Below, piece by piece: positions 8,333 to 17,836 of a DNA stretch of 64,000 bases. The notes beneath the pieces were generated by a model. The model saw nothing but the letters and a program-made list of their open reading frames with translations. It was not told the origin of the DNA and made no database searches. The position numbers and the translations under genes were made by a program. Origin of the DNA: Vicinamibacteria bacterium (GTDB taxonomy: Bacteria > Acidobacteriota > Vicinamibacteria > Marinacidobacterales > Marinacidobacteraceae); NCBI GenBank assembly GCA_963555995.3, contig OY821641.1:160001-224000 (forward strand), in the 5' to 3' direction. How positions within the stretch are numbered: the first letter of the stretch is position 1; every line of letters starts with the position of its first letter.

Positions 8333-10279
8333 ATGGCGAACTCATCCGGCAGCACCCGCGAGTTCACGCTGCGGGCACTTCTCCTCGGCCTCTTCATGGC
8401 CGTCGTGCTGGGAGCGGCGAACGCCTATCTCGGCATCCGCGCCGGCCAGACGGTTGCCGCCACCTTCCCGGCGGCCGTCGTCTCCATGGTCGTCATCCGG
8501 GGTCTCTTCAAGGGCAGCCTGCTTGAAGAGAACATCGCCCGCACCACGGCCTCGGTGGGCGAGGCGCTGGCCGCCGGGGCGATCTTCACGCTGCCGGCGT
8601 TCCTGATGGCGGGCGCCTGGGAGGAGTTCAACTACTGGGAGAGCACCCTGCTGATGCTCATCGGCGGCCTGCTCGGCATCCTGTTCGTGGTCATCCTGCG
8701 GCGGAGCATGGTGACCGACCCCGAGCTGCCGTTCCCCGAGTCGGTCGCCGCCGCCGAGATCCACCGCGCCGGACAGGGCGCGAGCGGCGGCCGGCTGCTC
8801 TTCCAGATGATGGGCGCCGGCGCGCTGATCGAGGTCCTCAAGAACTCGAAGGGCATCCAGCTCTTCACCGACCGGATTTCGGGGGCCCTCGGTTACGGCT
8901 CCTTCCAGGGGTCGGTCGCCGTCGGGGGCCAGTCCTTCGGGGCGGCGGCCCAGCCGGGGGTGCTGCCTTTTTCGACCCCGGCGGCGTCGCCCGCCTATCT
9001 CGGGGTGGGCTACATCATCGGGTTCCGGTTGTCGGCGCTCGTCTTCTCCGGCGGGGTCTTCGCCTGGTGGTTCATGATCCCGGCGGTCCTCTTCTTCAAT
9101 CCGGAGTTCGCCGACGCGGGAAGGCTGGCGGCGGCGGGCGCCGACTGGAGCGCGGTCAGCGGCGTGGTCTGGGCCGAGCTCGTACGGCCGATCGCGGTGG
9201 GAGCCATGATCGCCGGGGCGGTCTGGACGCTGCTCCGGATGCGCAAGTCGCTCGGGGAAGGGCTCAAGCGGTCCGTCGCCGAGCTGAGGACGGGGCACCC
9301 GGCCGGATCGGGCGACGAGAAGGACCGCGACATCCCCTTCAGCTGGACGACCGCGGGCGTGGTCGCCCTGATCGTCCCGACCTTCTTCCTCTACAACTAC
9401 TACACCGGGCAGCCGCTCGGGGCGCTCGGTTCGGCGATCGTGATGATCGTGGCCGGGTTCTTCTTCTCGGCGGTGGCCGGCTATCTCGTCGGCGTGGTCG
9501 GGAGTTCCTCGAACCCGGTTTCCGGACTCACGATCTCGACCCTGCTGCTGGCGGCGCTGCTGATGACTTTCCTCGGGGTCACCGGAACGGAGGGCGTGAC
9601 CGCGGTGCTGGGGGTGGCGGCCGTCGTCTGCTGCGCTTGCGCGGTCGCCGGGGACATGCTGCAGGACCTGAAGGTGGGCCAGATCCTCGGCGGAACGCCG
9701 TTCCGCATGGAATGGGCGGAGATCATCGGCGTGGTCTTCGCGTCCATGTTCCTGGTCCTGCCGATGATGCTGCTCCACGAGGGGGACATCGCCGCGGGCG
9801 GCATCGGGATCGGCGGCGAAGAGCTGCCGGCCCCGCAGGCGGGGCTGATGGCGCTGCTCTCCCAGGGCATCGTCGGCGGCGACATGCGCTGGCCGCTCGT
9901 GGTCTTCGGGATCGCCCTCTGTCTCTTCCTGATCCTGATCCAGGCGCCCTCCCCGATGCTGATCGCGGTGGGGATGTACCTGCCGCTCCAGACCACCTTC
10001 GCGATCTTCGTCGGCGGTTTCTTCCGCTGGCTGAGCGACCGTCAGATGGCCAAGCTTCCGGCTGAACGCCGGACGCTCGGAGAAAGCGCCGGGACGCTCA
10101 TCGCCTCCGGCCTCATCGCGGGCGAGGCGCTGATGGGCGTCGGGCTCTCCGGATTCGCGGTCGCGGAATTCCAGTTGCCGGTGCTGGTGTCCACGCCCTC
10201 CGGCATCCCGGGATTCCTGGTGTTCGTCGTGCTCGGGTGGTTCCTGATCCGCATCCCGCTCCGCCACGCGCGGGGGTAG
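8333..10279 (+). CDS. OPT-family oligopeptide transporter
   Basis: NAYLGIRAG, ENIART.AS.GE, LPFPES, SSNPVSG, QDLKVG, SGLIAGEAL; AAGGAGG RBS. Confidence 0.93.
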   Translation: MANSSGSTREFTLRALLLGLFMAVVLGAANAYLGIRAGQTVAATFPAAVVSMVVIRGLFKGSLLEENIARTTASVGEALAAGAIFTLPAFLMAGAWEEFNYWESTLLMLIGGLLGILFVVILRRSMVTDPELPFPESVAAAEIHRAGQGASGGRLLFQMMGAGALIEVLKNSKGIQLFTDRISGALGYGSFQGSVAVGGQSFGAAAQPGVLPFSTPAASPAYLGVGYIIGFRLSALVFSGGVFAWWFMIPAVLFFNPEFADAGRLAAAGADWSAVSGVVWAELVRPIAVGAMIAGAVWTLLRMRKSLGEGLKRSVAELRTGHPAGSGDEKDRDIPFSWTTAGVVALIVPTFFLYNYYTGQPLGALGSAIVMIVAGFFFSAVAGYLVGVVGSSSNPVSGLTISTLLLAALLMTFLGVTGTEGVTAVLGVAAVVCCACAVAGDMLQDLKVGQILGGTPFRMEWAEIIGVVFASMFLVLPMMLLHEGDIAAGGIGIGGEELPAPQAGLMALLSQGIVGGDMRWPLVVFGIALCLFLILIQAPSPMLIAVGMYLPLQTTFAIFVGGFFRWLSDRQMAKLPAERRTLGESAGTLIASGLIAGEALMGVGLSGFAVAEFQLPVLVSTPSGIPGFLVFVVLGWFLIRIPLRHARG

Positions 10280-10565
10280 GCTTTGGCGGAGCTTGGGACC
10301 GCCGGCCAGTGCTCCCGGTGGGGCCTTCAGACCGGCACCGCCAGCCCGAGGCTCGTGAAGCGCGCGGCACGGTGCTGCCCTTGACGAGGCCGGGAGGTCG
10401 TCCCGGGTCGGCGAGGGGCGAGGCGGAGGGAGCGGAGCGACCGGAGCTACGGACCTGCCACCGGCTGCTCATCGGGTTCTCCCTTCGGCGTTGAACAGCC
10501 CGGATAGAAGATTCGTCAGAAACCGACGCCAAGCCAACGCGGGCCGCCGGTTTCGGACGCCGGGA

Positions 10566-11297
10566 CTACTGCGAAAGGCGGAGCGCGGCGAACAGAAGTC
10601 CGGCCACCCCGATGATGGCGACCATGAGTCGCCGCTCGGCCGCGGCGACCGCGTTCGTCACATCGGCCTTGGTGGCGAAGTCCCTCCGGATGTTCGCCTC
10701 GGTGCGCTCCAGGTCGTCGCGCATCGTTGTCCGGACGTCTTCCAGATCCTTCCGCATCGTTGTCCGGGTGTCTTCCAGGTCCTTCCGGAGCATCGCGACA
10801 TCGGCCTTGGTGGCGGTGTCCCTCCGGATGTTCGCCTCGGTGCGCTCCAGGTCGTCGCGCATCGTTGTCCGGACGTCTTCCAGGTCCTTCCGGAGCATCG
10901 CGACATCGGCCTTGGTGGCGGTGTCCTTCCGGATGTTCGCCTCGGTGCGCTCCAGGTCGTCGCGCATCGTTGTCCGGGTGTCTTCCAGGTCCTTCCGGAG
11001 CATCACGACATCGGCCTTGGTGGCGGTGTCCTTCCGGATGTTCGCCTCGGTGCGCTCCAGGTCGTCGCGCATCGTTGTCCGGACGTCTTCCAGGTCCTTC
11101 CGCATCGTTGTCCGGATGTCTTCCAGATCCTCGCGGATGGCCGCCACGTCCGCCTTCGAAGCGACGTTGCGGATCCATGGACCCATGTGCTCCTCGGCCA
11201 GAACCTCGGCCAGCCCCTCCTCCATGCCGGCCTCGGTGAGGCGCTTCACGAACCGGTGGCTGTCGAACACTGCTTGTGCAACCTGTGCGGGAGTCAT
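10566..11297 (-). CDS. DUF1640/CCDC90-like coiled-coil protein with internal repeats and C-terminal TM anchor
   Basis: FDSHRFVKRLTEAGMEEGLAE head, ATKADV motif, repeat stalk, hydrophobic tail. Confidence 0.8.
   Translation of the reverse strand: MTPAQVAQAVFDSHRFVKRLTEAGMEEGLAEVLAEEHMGPWIRNVASKADVAAIREDLEDIRTTMRKDLEDVRTTMRDDLERTEANIRKDTATKADVVMLRKDLEDTRTTMRDDLERTEANIRKDTATKADVAMLRKDLEDVRTTMRDDLERTEANIRRDTATKADVAMLRKDLEDTRTTMRKDLEDVRTTMRDDLERTEANIRRDFATKADVTNAVAAAERRLMVAIIGVAGLLFAALRLSQ
10655..11165. repeat. Intragenic tandem repeat, 105 bp units with 33 bp subunits
   Basis: TCGGCCTTGGTGGCG recurs at 10663, 10801, 10906 and 11011 (spacings 138, 105, 105). Confidence 0.92.
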
Positions 11298-11359
11298 GCT
11301 ACCAGCCTCCCGAAGGGGTTGGGCGCGCGCGTTGGCGAGAAAGAGATGGTGTCTGGCAT
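11294..11359 (-). CDS. Possible 21-aa leader peptide coupled to the DUF1640-like gene
   Basis: AAGGAGGAG SD (11365-11373), ATG at 11359, MPDTISFSPTRAPNPFGRLVA, ATGA overlap. Confidence 0.4.
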   Translation of the reverse strand: MPDTISFSPTRAPNPFGRLVA

Positions 11360-11413
11360 CGGGACTCCTCCTTGAGGTGCGGTGACAGGAACACGACGTA
11401 CCCGTCCTACTTG

Positions 11414-11473
11414 CTCAGACGTAATTCCGCTCGATTTTTCCCACATTGGGCCAAAATGTGGAAAAGTCGAAGC
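11414..11473. promoter_or_regulatory. Conserved ~65 bp element, copy 1
   Basis: CAGACGTAATTCC..GATTTTTCCCAC-N13-GTGGAAAAGTCGAAGC, also at 16848 and 17714. Confidence 0.7.
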
Positions 11474-11613
11474 AAAGGTGCACAAATTGCCGTGCGGGCC
11501 AGCGGCGCGGGACCCGGGCGCGGCGTCGTTGACGCGCGGCAGAAGCCGCCCGGGCGGCTGGCTGGCGGCCAATCAGAGGGCGACGAGGACGACGAGGACG
11601 ACGAGGGACCGGC

Positions 11614-12774
11614 CTACTCCACCGCGCAGGTCGGCTCGGAACCGATGCGGTGCCGGTTGCGGGCGACGAGGTCGTAGGCCGCCTGGCCGATGCGGTCGAA
11701 GGCGGGGAAGAAGAACGCGATCATGGCGACGATCGCGAGGCTGCGCGCCCACGCGGGTCCCCAGTGCAGGCTCAGGAGGATCCCGAGCATGACGAAGTAG
11801 GTGACCGGGTTGTAGAGCAGCATCAGCTTGAACGCCCGGAAGCCCTCCGCGATGCGCTCGCCGTCCACGACGATGTGCAGGCGCTTCGCGAGGGCGTCCC
11901 GGGAGATGCCGAAGCGGTCACCGGTTCCGCTCTGGAACGTGGTCCAGCGGAAGGCGCCCTCGAAGTCGAGGGCCTCGAACCACCGCTTCGTCTTCGCGCA
12001 GATGCCGCAGTCGCCGTCGTAGATGACCTCCGTGGTCGTCCGGGGCCAGCGGGCGAACGCGAAGTAGGCGGCGGGCGCCACGTAGAGGAACAGGACGAAG
12101 GTGATCCCGGTGAAGAGCGTCATCGCCGCGTGGAACAGGATCCCGAGCCAGATCGCGAAGACCCACAGCCGCGGCCACGCGAAGCCGGCGAAGAGGCTCA
12201 GTTCGGTCGCGATGGTCCCCCAGCACATGAACTTCGACAGCGCCACCTCTGGCAGCAGCGCGGCGGCGCGCCGGTAGAGGTCGTGCTCGAGGTTGACGGT
12301 CCAGTGCTCGAAGAACTGGCCGGAAAGCCAGTCGGGATCGAGGACCTTGTTGAGTCCGGCGCCGAAATAGATCATGGCCACCTGGATCCGCAGGAGCCAG
12401 ACCGACCGTTCGGACGTGTAGAGGCCGATCAGCGTGAGCACCGCCCCCATGAAGAAGGTGTTGTTGGCCCAGTAGATCCGCGACGCGGCGATCCCGACGA
12501 GGATCGTCATGCCCACCACGAAGGAGGCCAGCCGCACCCCGCGGTTCAGGAGCAGGCAGGCCGAACCGGCGAGGAACAGGACCTGCAGCGCGGTTCGGAA
12601 CAGCTCGGGATTCCCGATCCGGTCGAAGACGGACAGGAAGGGAAGGAACGGGTCCGGGAGCGTCGTCACGTGGCCGGTGGCCAGCATCGTGACCACGATG
12701 AGCTTCGCCGACAGCAGGAGGGGTACAGGCAAGGGCGTACCGCCCAGCCGCAGCGGATTCCACGACGGCGCCAT
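11614..12774 (-). CDS. HTTM-like membrane protein fused to a DCC1-like thiol-disulfide domain
   Basis: QVAMIYFGAGLNKVLDPDWLSG and GILFHAAM (HTTM); IYDGDCGIC (DxxCxxC). Confidence 0.75.
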   Translation of the reverse strand: MAPSWNPLRLGGTPLPVPLLLSAKLIVVTMLATGHVTTLPDPFLPFLSVFDRIGNPELFRTALQVLFLAGSACLLLNRGVRLASFVVGMTILVGIAASRIYWANNTFFMGAVLTLIGLYTSERSVWLLRIQVAMIYFGAGLNKVLDPDWLSGQFFEHWTVNLEHDLYRRAAALLPEVALSKFMCWGTIATELSLFAGFAWPRLWVFAIWLGILFHAAMTLFTGITFVLFLYVAPAAYFAFARWPRTTTEVIYDGDCGICAKTKRWFEALDFEGAFRWTTFQSGTGDRFGISRDALAKRLHIVVDGERIAEGFRAFKLMLLYNPVTYFVMLGILLSLHWGPAWARSLAIVAMIAFFFPAFDRIGQAAYDLVARNRHRIGSEPTCAVE

Positions 12775-12781
12775 TACGGCC

Positions 12782-13123
12782 CTATCGTGGCGGCCAGGTC
12801 CACGTCTCTTCCGGATGCCCGTTGACGGTGTAGATCACGACGACCTCCGCCCCGTCGTCCCGGCCGTAGGTCTCCTCGTACTGCCGGACCTTGTCGAGCG
12901 CGTGCTGGATGGCCTGCCAGTTGCCGCCCTCGGCCGGCTGTCGGTAGCGCGCTTCGATCTCCTCGGCGCTGAGCTCGCGCCCGTCCATGACGACCGCGAT
13001 CGAGTAGAGGTTCTGCGAGTCCATCGGCGCCCAGCAGAAGTAGCGGGACGGGACGAAGCGCGCGTACCCGATCATGGCGACCTGGAAGGCGAGCAGCGCG
13101 ACGGCGGCAAGGGTGCGGGTCAC
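12782..13123 (-). CDS. Hypothetical 113-aa exported or membrane-anchored protein
   Basis: 3' part of ORF 12782..14815; GTG overlapping the SSS stop; hydrophobic N-terminus, YFCWAP motif. Confidence 0.65.
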   Translation of the reverse strand: MTRTLAAVALLAFQVAMIGYARFVPSRYFCWAPMDSQNLYSIAVVMDGRELSAEEIEARYRQPAEGGNWQAIQHALDKVRQYEETYGRDDGAEVVVIYTVNGHPEETWTWPPR

Positions 13124-14643
13124 GAACCGAGCGTATCCCGTCGCGGCGCGCGACGCTCCCACACCGCGCTGACCGTCCAGCCGACGGCGACCTGGACCAG
13201 GAGCGACGCCGAAGCGACCCACTGGAAGCTCACCGGGTCGCCGCCGGTCTCGGGGTCGAATCCGAAGATGGGTCCGGAGAAGGCGACGAGCGCCGCCGCG
13301 ACGATGCCCGCGACGGTGCCGGCGGCCGCTCCGCCGGCCCGCACCCGGGGCAGGAACAGCGCGAAGAGGAAGAGACCGAAGATGGGGCCGGTCAGGAGGT
13401 TCGACGTCTTGGACGTCACCTCGGTGATGTTGCCGGGGACGAGGTCCATGAGGAAGCTGCCGAGTACGATGAGTCCGCCGGCCGCCGCGGCGAGCCAGCG
13501 GGCCTGCCGGAGGTCGCGCGCGTCGTCGGGCCGGCGCTTCCGGAAGCGGCCCACGAAGTCGGTCAGCACCACCGCCGAGATCGAGTTCACGCCCGAGTCC
13601 ACGCTGGACATGGCGGCGGCGAACATCGCGGCGACGACGAGTCCCGCGATCCCCGCCGGGAGCCGGTTGGCGATGAAGAACGGGAACACGTGGTCCGCGT
13701 CGTCGCGCAGCGACATGCCCGCGCCGAGTTGCCCGGGAAAGGCCTCGAAGTAGCCGAGGAGCGCGACGCCGACGAGCGCGAGCACGATCGTGACCACGGC
13801 GATCGCCAGAAGCTGGGTCCCGTAGGCCCGCCGGGCCGCGCGCAGGTCGGTGGTCGCCATGAAGCGCTGCACCGAGACCTGGTCGCCGCCCGCGGTGGCC
13901 GCGTACCAGACCATCGTGGAGACCACGGTCCCGAACGCCGTTACCCGCGTGGCCGGGTCGAGGCTGAACAGGGGCTGCGTGTCCCAGTTGGCCTGCCAGG
14001 TCGTCGGAAACCACCCGAAGCCGCCGAGCTCCACGGTCACGATGCCGAGCACCAGCAGCGCCCCTCCGAAGAGCAGCAGGGACTGGATGCAGTCGGTGAC
14101 GACGACGGCCCGCAGACCTCCGAGCGACGTGTAGATGACCGCCACCGTCGCCGTGAACAGGACGACGAGCGGTACCGCGGAGGGACCGGCGCCGATCATT
14201 ACCGTCAGCGCGACCGCCGCCGCATGGACCACCAGCGACATCCAGGCGAGCCGGAGCACGATGAACATCGAAGCGCCCAGCAGCCGCGCCCCGGGGCCGA
14301 GGCGCACCTCGAGGAGCTCGTAGGCGCTCGTCACCCGGTGCTTCATGTACACCGGCAGCAGTCCGTAGCAGACGACCACATAGACGAGGGGAAGCCCCAG
14401 GAGCTGGACCAGCAGCACCGGCCCCCGCCCGAGCGTTTCCCCCGGTACCGACAGGTAGGACACCGTGCTGACGAGCGTCGCGAACAGCGAGATGCCCACG
14501 GCGACGGGGTGGAGCCGGCCGCCGCCGATGAAGTACTCCTTCGTCGAGGACTGGCGCCGGCCGTAGAACCAGCCGAGCCAGAGGGTGAGGCCCGCGTAGG
14601 CCGCGAGGACGAGCCAGTCGGTGGCGGCCAGGCCCTGGTTCAT
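13120..14643 (-). CDS. Sodium:solute symporter (SSS) family transporter
   Basis: EYFIGG, SAYELLEVRLG, GGLRAVVVTDCIQ, DQVSVQRF, AAAMSSVDSGVNS. Confidence 0.93.
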   Translation of the reverse strand: MNQGLAATDWLVLAAYAGLTLWLGWFYGRRQSSTKEYFIGGGRLHPVAVGISLFATLVSTVSYLSVPGETLGRGPVLLVQLLGLPLVYVVVCYGLLPVYMKHRVTSAYELLEVRLGPGARLLGASMFIVLRLAWMSLVVHAAAVALTVMIGAGPSAVPLVVLFTATVAVIYTSLGGLRAVVVTDCIQSLLLFGGALLVLGIVTVELGGFGWFPTTWQANWDTQPLFSLDPATRVTAFGTVVSTMVWYAATAGGDQVSVQRFMATTDLRAARRAYGTQLLAIAVVTIVLALVGVALLGYFEAFPGQLGAGMSLRDDADHVFPFFIANRLPAGIAGLVVAAMFAAAMSSVDSGVNSISAVVLTDFVGRFRKRRPDDARDLRQARWLAAAAGGLIVLGSFLMDLVPGNITEVTSKTSNLLTGPIFGLFLFALFLPRVRAGGAAAGTVAGIVAAALVAFSGPIFGFDPETGGDPVSFQWVASASLLVQVAVGWTVSAVWERRAPRRDTLGS

Positions 14644-14683
14644 CCTCACGTTGGCAGCCCACGGCTGGAGTGGCGCACCGCCT

Positions 14684-14825
14684 GGGAGCGCCGACCTTCA
14701 GGTCGGCACGCGGCCCGCAGGGCCGCAGGGGCGCGCCGCCAGTCGGGCTGAACGGCGGCGCGGGTTTCCCGGCGCCATCCGGTTGGGGAGCGGTCTGCGG
14801 TGCCGGTGTGAACACCGGCGCTCCC
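14684..14825. repeat. Inverted pair of REP-like hairpins
   Basis: GGGAGCGCCGACCTTCAGGTCGGCAC ... GTGCCGGTGTGAACACCGGCGCTCCC. Confidence 0.8.
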
Positions 14826-14893
14826 GGCGGCCAGACCCTGTTTCATCCGCGCTCGGGTATAACACAGCCGCGCAGCGAAGGGAGACCCGAGCC

Positions 14894-15838
14894 ATGACCC
14901 CGGCGGACGCCAAGCGAACCATCTGTGGACCGTTGATTCCGGTCATCACCAACTACGCGGACGACCTCACCGTCGATCACGACGCCATCCGGGAGAACGT
15001 TCGCTACGTCGTGGACCGGGGCGTCCGCACCGGAAGCGGGGTGCTCCTCGCCGCCGGCGCCGGGGGCGACTTCCCGATGCTGACGCTCGACGAACGGAAG
15101 GCGGTGTGCGAAACGATCGTGCGGGCCGCCGATGGCCGGACGCCGGTGCTGGTCGGAGCGCAGGACACGAACCCGAACGTGTCCGTCGAGCTCGCCCGCT
15201 TCGCCGAGGACATCGGCGCCTGGGGCATCCAGCTCGCGCCGGGCTACTACTACGAGTCGTCGGCCGAGGACTGCTACCGGCTGTTCGAGACGGTGCACGA
15301 AGCGACCAGCACGCTCGGCATCATGATCTACAACACGCACTGGGAGAGCTACGACATGTCGCTCGACGACGTCGAACGGCTCGCCGAACTGCCCCGCTGC
15401 GCCGCCCTCAAGTGGTCCACCGCGCGCGGCACTCTCGACTACCAGCGCGGGGTCGTGCGCTTCCGGGACCGCCTCGCCGTGATTGACAACCACGGGCTCC
15501 AGGGCCTCACCCACATGCTCGGCGGGCGGGGATACATCACCCACCTGTGCACCGTCTGGCCCGAGCACGACCTCGAGGTCTTCCGTCTCATGGAAGCGGG
15601 CGACTACGCCGCGGCGCAGAACCTGTTGAGCACCGTCAACTGGCCCTGGTACGACTTCCGGGTGCGGATGTGGCGCCGCACCGGCGCCGAGAGCCCGGTC
15701 GTCAACGCGGCGCTCGAGTTGACGGGCCGGAAGGGCGGCCCCAGCCGGCTCCCCACCCGCCGCCTCGACGAGTCGGAACGCGAGGAGCTGCGAAGGCTGC
15801 TGATCGAGATCGGCGTCCCGGGCGTCCAACCGGGGTAG
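14894..15838 (+). CDS. Dihydrodipicolinate synthase / class I aldolase family protein
   Basis: GAGGDFPMLTLDERK, IMIYN, ALKWS Schiff-base lysine; ATG at 14894. Confidence 0.87.
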   Translation: MTPADAKRTICGPLIPVITNYADDLTVDHDAIRENVRYVVDRGVRTGSGVLLAAGAGGDFPMLTLDERKAVCETIVRAADGRTPVLVGAQDTNPNVSVELARFAEDIGAWGIQLAPGYYYESSAEDCYRLFETVHEATSTLGIMIYNTHWESYDMSLDDVERLAELPRCAALKWSTARGTLDYQRGVVRFRDRLAVIDNHGLQGLTHMLGGRGYITHLCTVWPEHDLEVFRLMEAGDYAAAQNLLSTVNWPWYDFRVRMWRRTGAESPVVNAALELTGRKGGPSRLPTRRLDESEREELRRLLIEIGVPGVQPG

Positions 15839-15869
15839 GGACCCACCGGGAGAAACCGGCGGACACGGC

Positions 15870-16028
15870 TTGGAACGCCGGCTTCAGCCGGCACAGCCCG
15901 CCGAAGGCGGGCGGCGAGACGGACCTCAGGTGCCGGGATGGCTGGGCTGTGCGAGCCAACGCGCCCGGGGTAGCGACGAACCGCCCGCGGCCCTGCGGGC
16001 CGCGGTGCCGGCTGAAGCCGGCGTTCCC
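15870..16028. repeat. Inverted pair of REP-like hairpins
   Basis: TTGGAACGCCGGCTTCAGCCGGCAC ... GTGCCGGCTGAAGCCGGCGTTCC. Confidence 0.85.
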
Positions 16029-16121
16029 AGCCGGCGGTGCACTTCCGGCTCCGGGAGAACGCGCGGAACCGCATTCTTGCAGCAGCCGGACCGACTTCCG
16101 GCCGCGCTCCCGGCGGCCCCC

Positions 16122-16784
16122 TCAGCCGGTCGGGGGAACGAAGTCGCGCGGCCGGAACTCCGGCGGGTTGACGATGCTGGCGCTGTTGCCCGTCGCCCGA
16201 ATCACGAAGAGTCCCTTTCGCCCGGCGTAGCGGGAGGTTCCCTGGTGCTCCCGGAGGTAGGCGACTCCGCCGTAGAGCCGCCTTCCCCGGACGTGCCGCA
16301 GCAGGGCCGGGTGCGCCAGCAGGTCGAGGAACCGGTCCACATCAGGCGGTCGCAGCGTGGTCTTCACCTCGACCGCCACCACCTCATCCCCGTTGGTCGC
16401 GAGAAGATCCACCTCGCGCTCGTACGGACCGCACTCCAGCCGGAGGCGTGAGTAGACGGCTTCAACCTTTACGCCGCGTTCCCGCAGCAGCTTCAACAGG
16501 TCGCCCTCGACGAGCGACTCCACCAGCCGCCCCCACTGGCTGGTGAACAGATCCTCCGCGCGCCGGAGCCGCCGGTCGGCTTCCTTCCTCTGCCGGTCGG
16601 CTTCCCCCTGAATCTGCTTCAGGTGCCGGGCGGTTTCCTCCATCTGCCGATCGGTCTCCTTCATCCGCCGGTCGGTCTCCTTCATCTGCTGGTTGGTCTC
16701 TTCCTGGCCCTTCGCCACCCGGTCGAGGGTCTCCAGGATTCCCTCCAGGGTTACGGGCGCCGGATCGGTGTGTGGGGTGTTCAT
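16122..16784 (-). CDS. Coiled-coil protein with C-terminal PD-(D/E)XK-like nuclease domain
   Basis: KETDRQM heptad repeats, WGRLVESLV, EVDLL...AVEVK; AAGGAGG RBS. Confidence 0.8.
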   Translation of the reverse strand: MNTPHTDPAPVTLEGILETLDRVAKGQEETNQQMKETDRRMKETDRQMEETARHLKQIQGEADRQRKEADRRLRRAEDLFTSQWGRLVESLVEGDLLKLLRERGVKVEAVYSRLRLECGPYEREVDLLATNGDEVVAVEVKTTLRPPDVDRFLDLLAHPALLRHVRGRRLYGGVAYLREHQGTSRYAGRKGLFVIRATGNSASIVNPPEFRPRDFVPPTG

Positions 16785-16847
16785 GGATGCTGGCCTCCTT
16801 GGAGTCTATGCCGGTGCTGAGGCCTCCGTCGTACGGGCCTCTCCACG

Positions 16848-16914
16848 CTCAGACGTAATTCCGGCCGGATTTTTCCCACTTCACGGGGAATTGTGGAAAA
16901 GTCGAAGCGAAGCG
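16848..16914. promoter_or_regulatory. Conserved ~65 bp element, copy 2
   Basis: Same arms and 13-nt spacer as copies 1 and 3. Confidence 0.7.
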
Positions 16915-17094
16915 TCGTTCTGCGGGGCTGCTGGGCGGGCTGAAATGTTCCTGCCTGACATCTGCTATCGTGCCCGGCAAGGAGCACGTCGCTATCGCTC
17001 GGTCGTTCCCCAGGGTGCCTGGCTCCCCAGATGGAAAGGCGATCCGGCTTGCCGGAGGCGGAGAGGGTCGACCTCCGCCCGTGTTCCCGCGGGG

Positions 17095-17658
17095 CTACCA
17101 GGCGCAGCCCCATCCCATTCCGTGCGGCGCGCGAAATATGTTGGCGGCCTCGGCGCGCAAGTGCTCAACGTAAGTGTCCGTGACCCCGTAGAGGGTTTGT
17201 AGTCGCACGCGCTTGCCGTCGGGGCTGCGCCGCACGACGGCATGGATCAGGTTTCCGTGCACCTCGTCCACGAGGTTCAGGCGTCGCTCCAATTCCGCCG
17301 CTGACAGCGGTTGCGACGGCATGCGGCGCATCACTTCTCTGGGTGCCGCCAGGAGGTCCGCCGCTCGCACCAGGTCCGGCGCCTGGAGGCCGTGCTTCCG
17401 GATCAGATGGCGGGCCTGCCGGGCCTCCAGATGCACCACGTCGGTCTTTGCTTCCAACCAGCCCTTCACATCGGGGTCCAGAACTCCCACGACGAGGCGC
17501 CCCCGAGGATTCGCCAGGAACCCGTCCACGACGGGACTCCGCAACACGGCGCGTAGTGCGGCATCCGCGGTAGCGGCTGCCGGGTAGCGGTCCGTCTCCC
17601 GCCTGGAGACCCGCCGTAGCCAGCGCTTGCATCCCCACCTGTTCGCGGTTCCCGGCAC
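17095..17658 (-). pseudogene. Possible truncated phage MuF C-terminus plus PBECR-like nuclease domain
   Basis: NRWGCKRWLRRVSRRE resembles the MuF PPNGWGCKC.VR end; HLIRKHG and AVVRRSPDGKRVRLQTLY resemble BECR-fold toxins. Confidence 0.4.
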
Positions 17659-17713
17659 GGGGACCTCCGTGGTGAGTTGACTGCGGAAAGGCGGGATGCC
17701 TCCCCTAACTCTC

Positions 17714-17778
17714 CAGACGTAATTCCGGCCGGATTTTTCCCACTTCGGGGGGTTTTGTGGAAAAGTCGAAGCGAAGCG
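17714..17778. promoter_or_regulatory. Conserved ~65 bp element, copy 3
   Basis: Near-identical to copy 2 apart from the 13-nt spacer. Confidence 0.7.
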
Positions 17779-17836
17779 ACGTTTGGCGCGCGGATCCGGC
17801 CGCTTTCCGGCAGCACTTCCGGAGCGGATGGATGGA

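Noticed and set aside
11414-17778. Integron attC sites
   Set aside because: No RYYYAAC/GTTRRRY ends and no integron integrase in the window.
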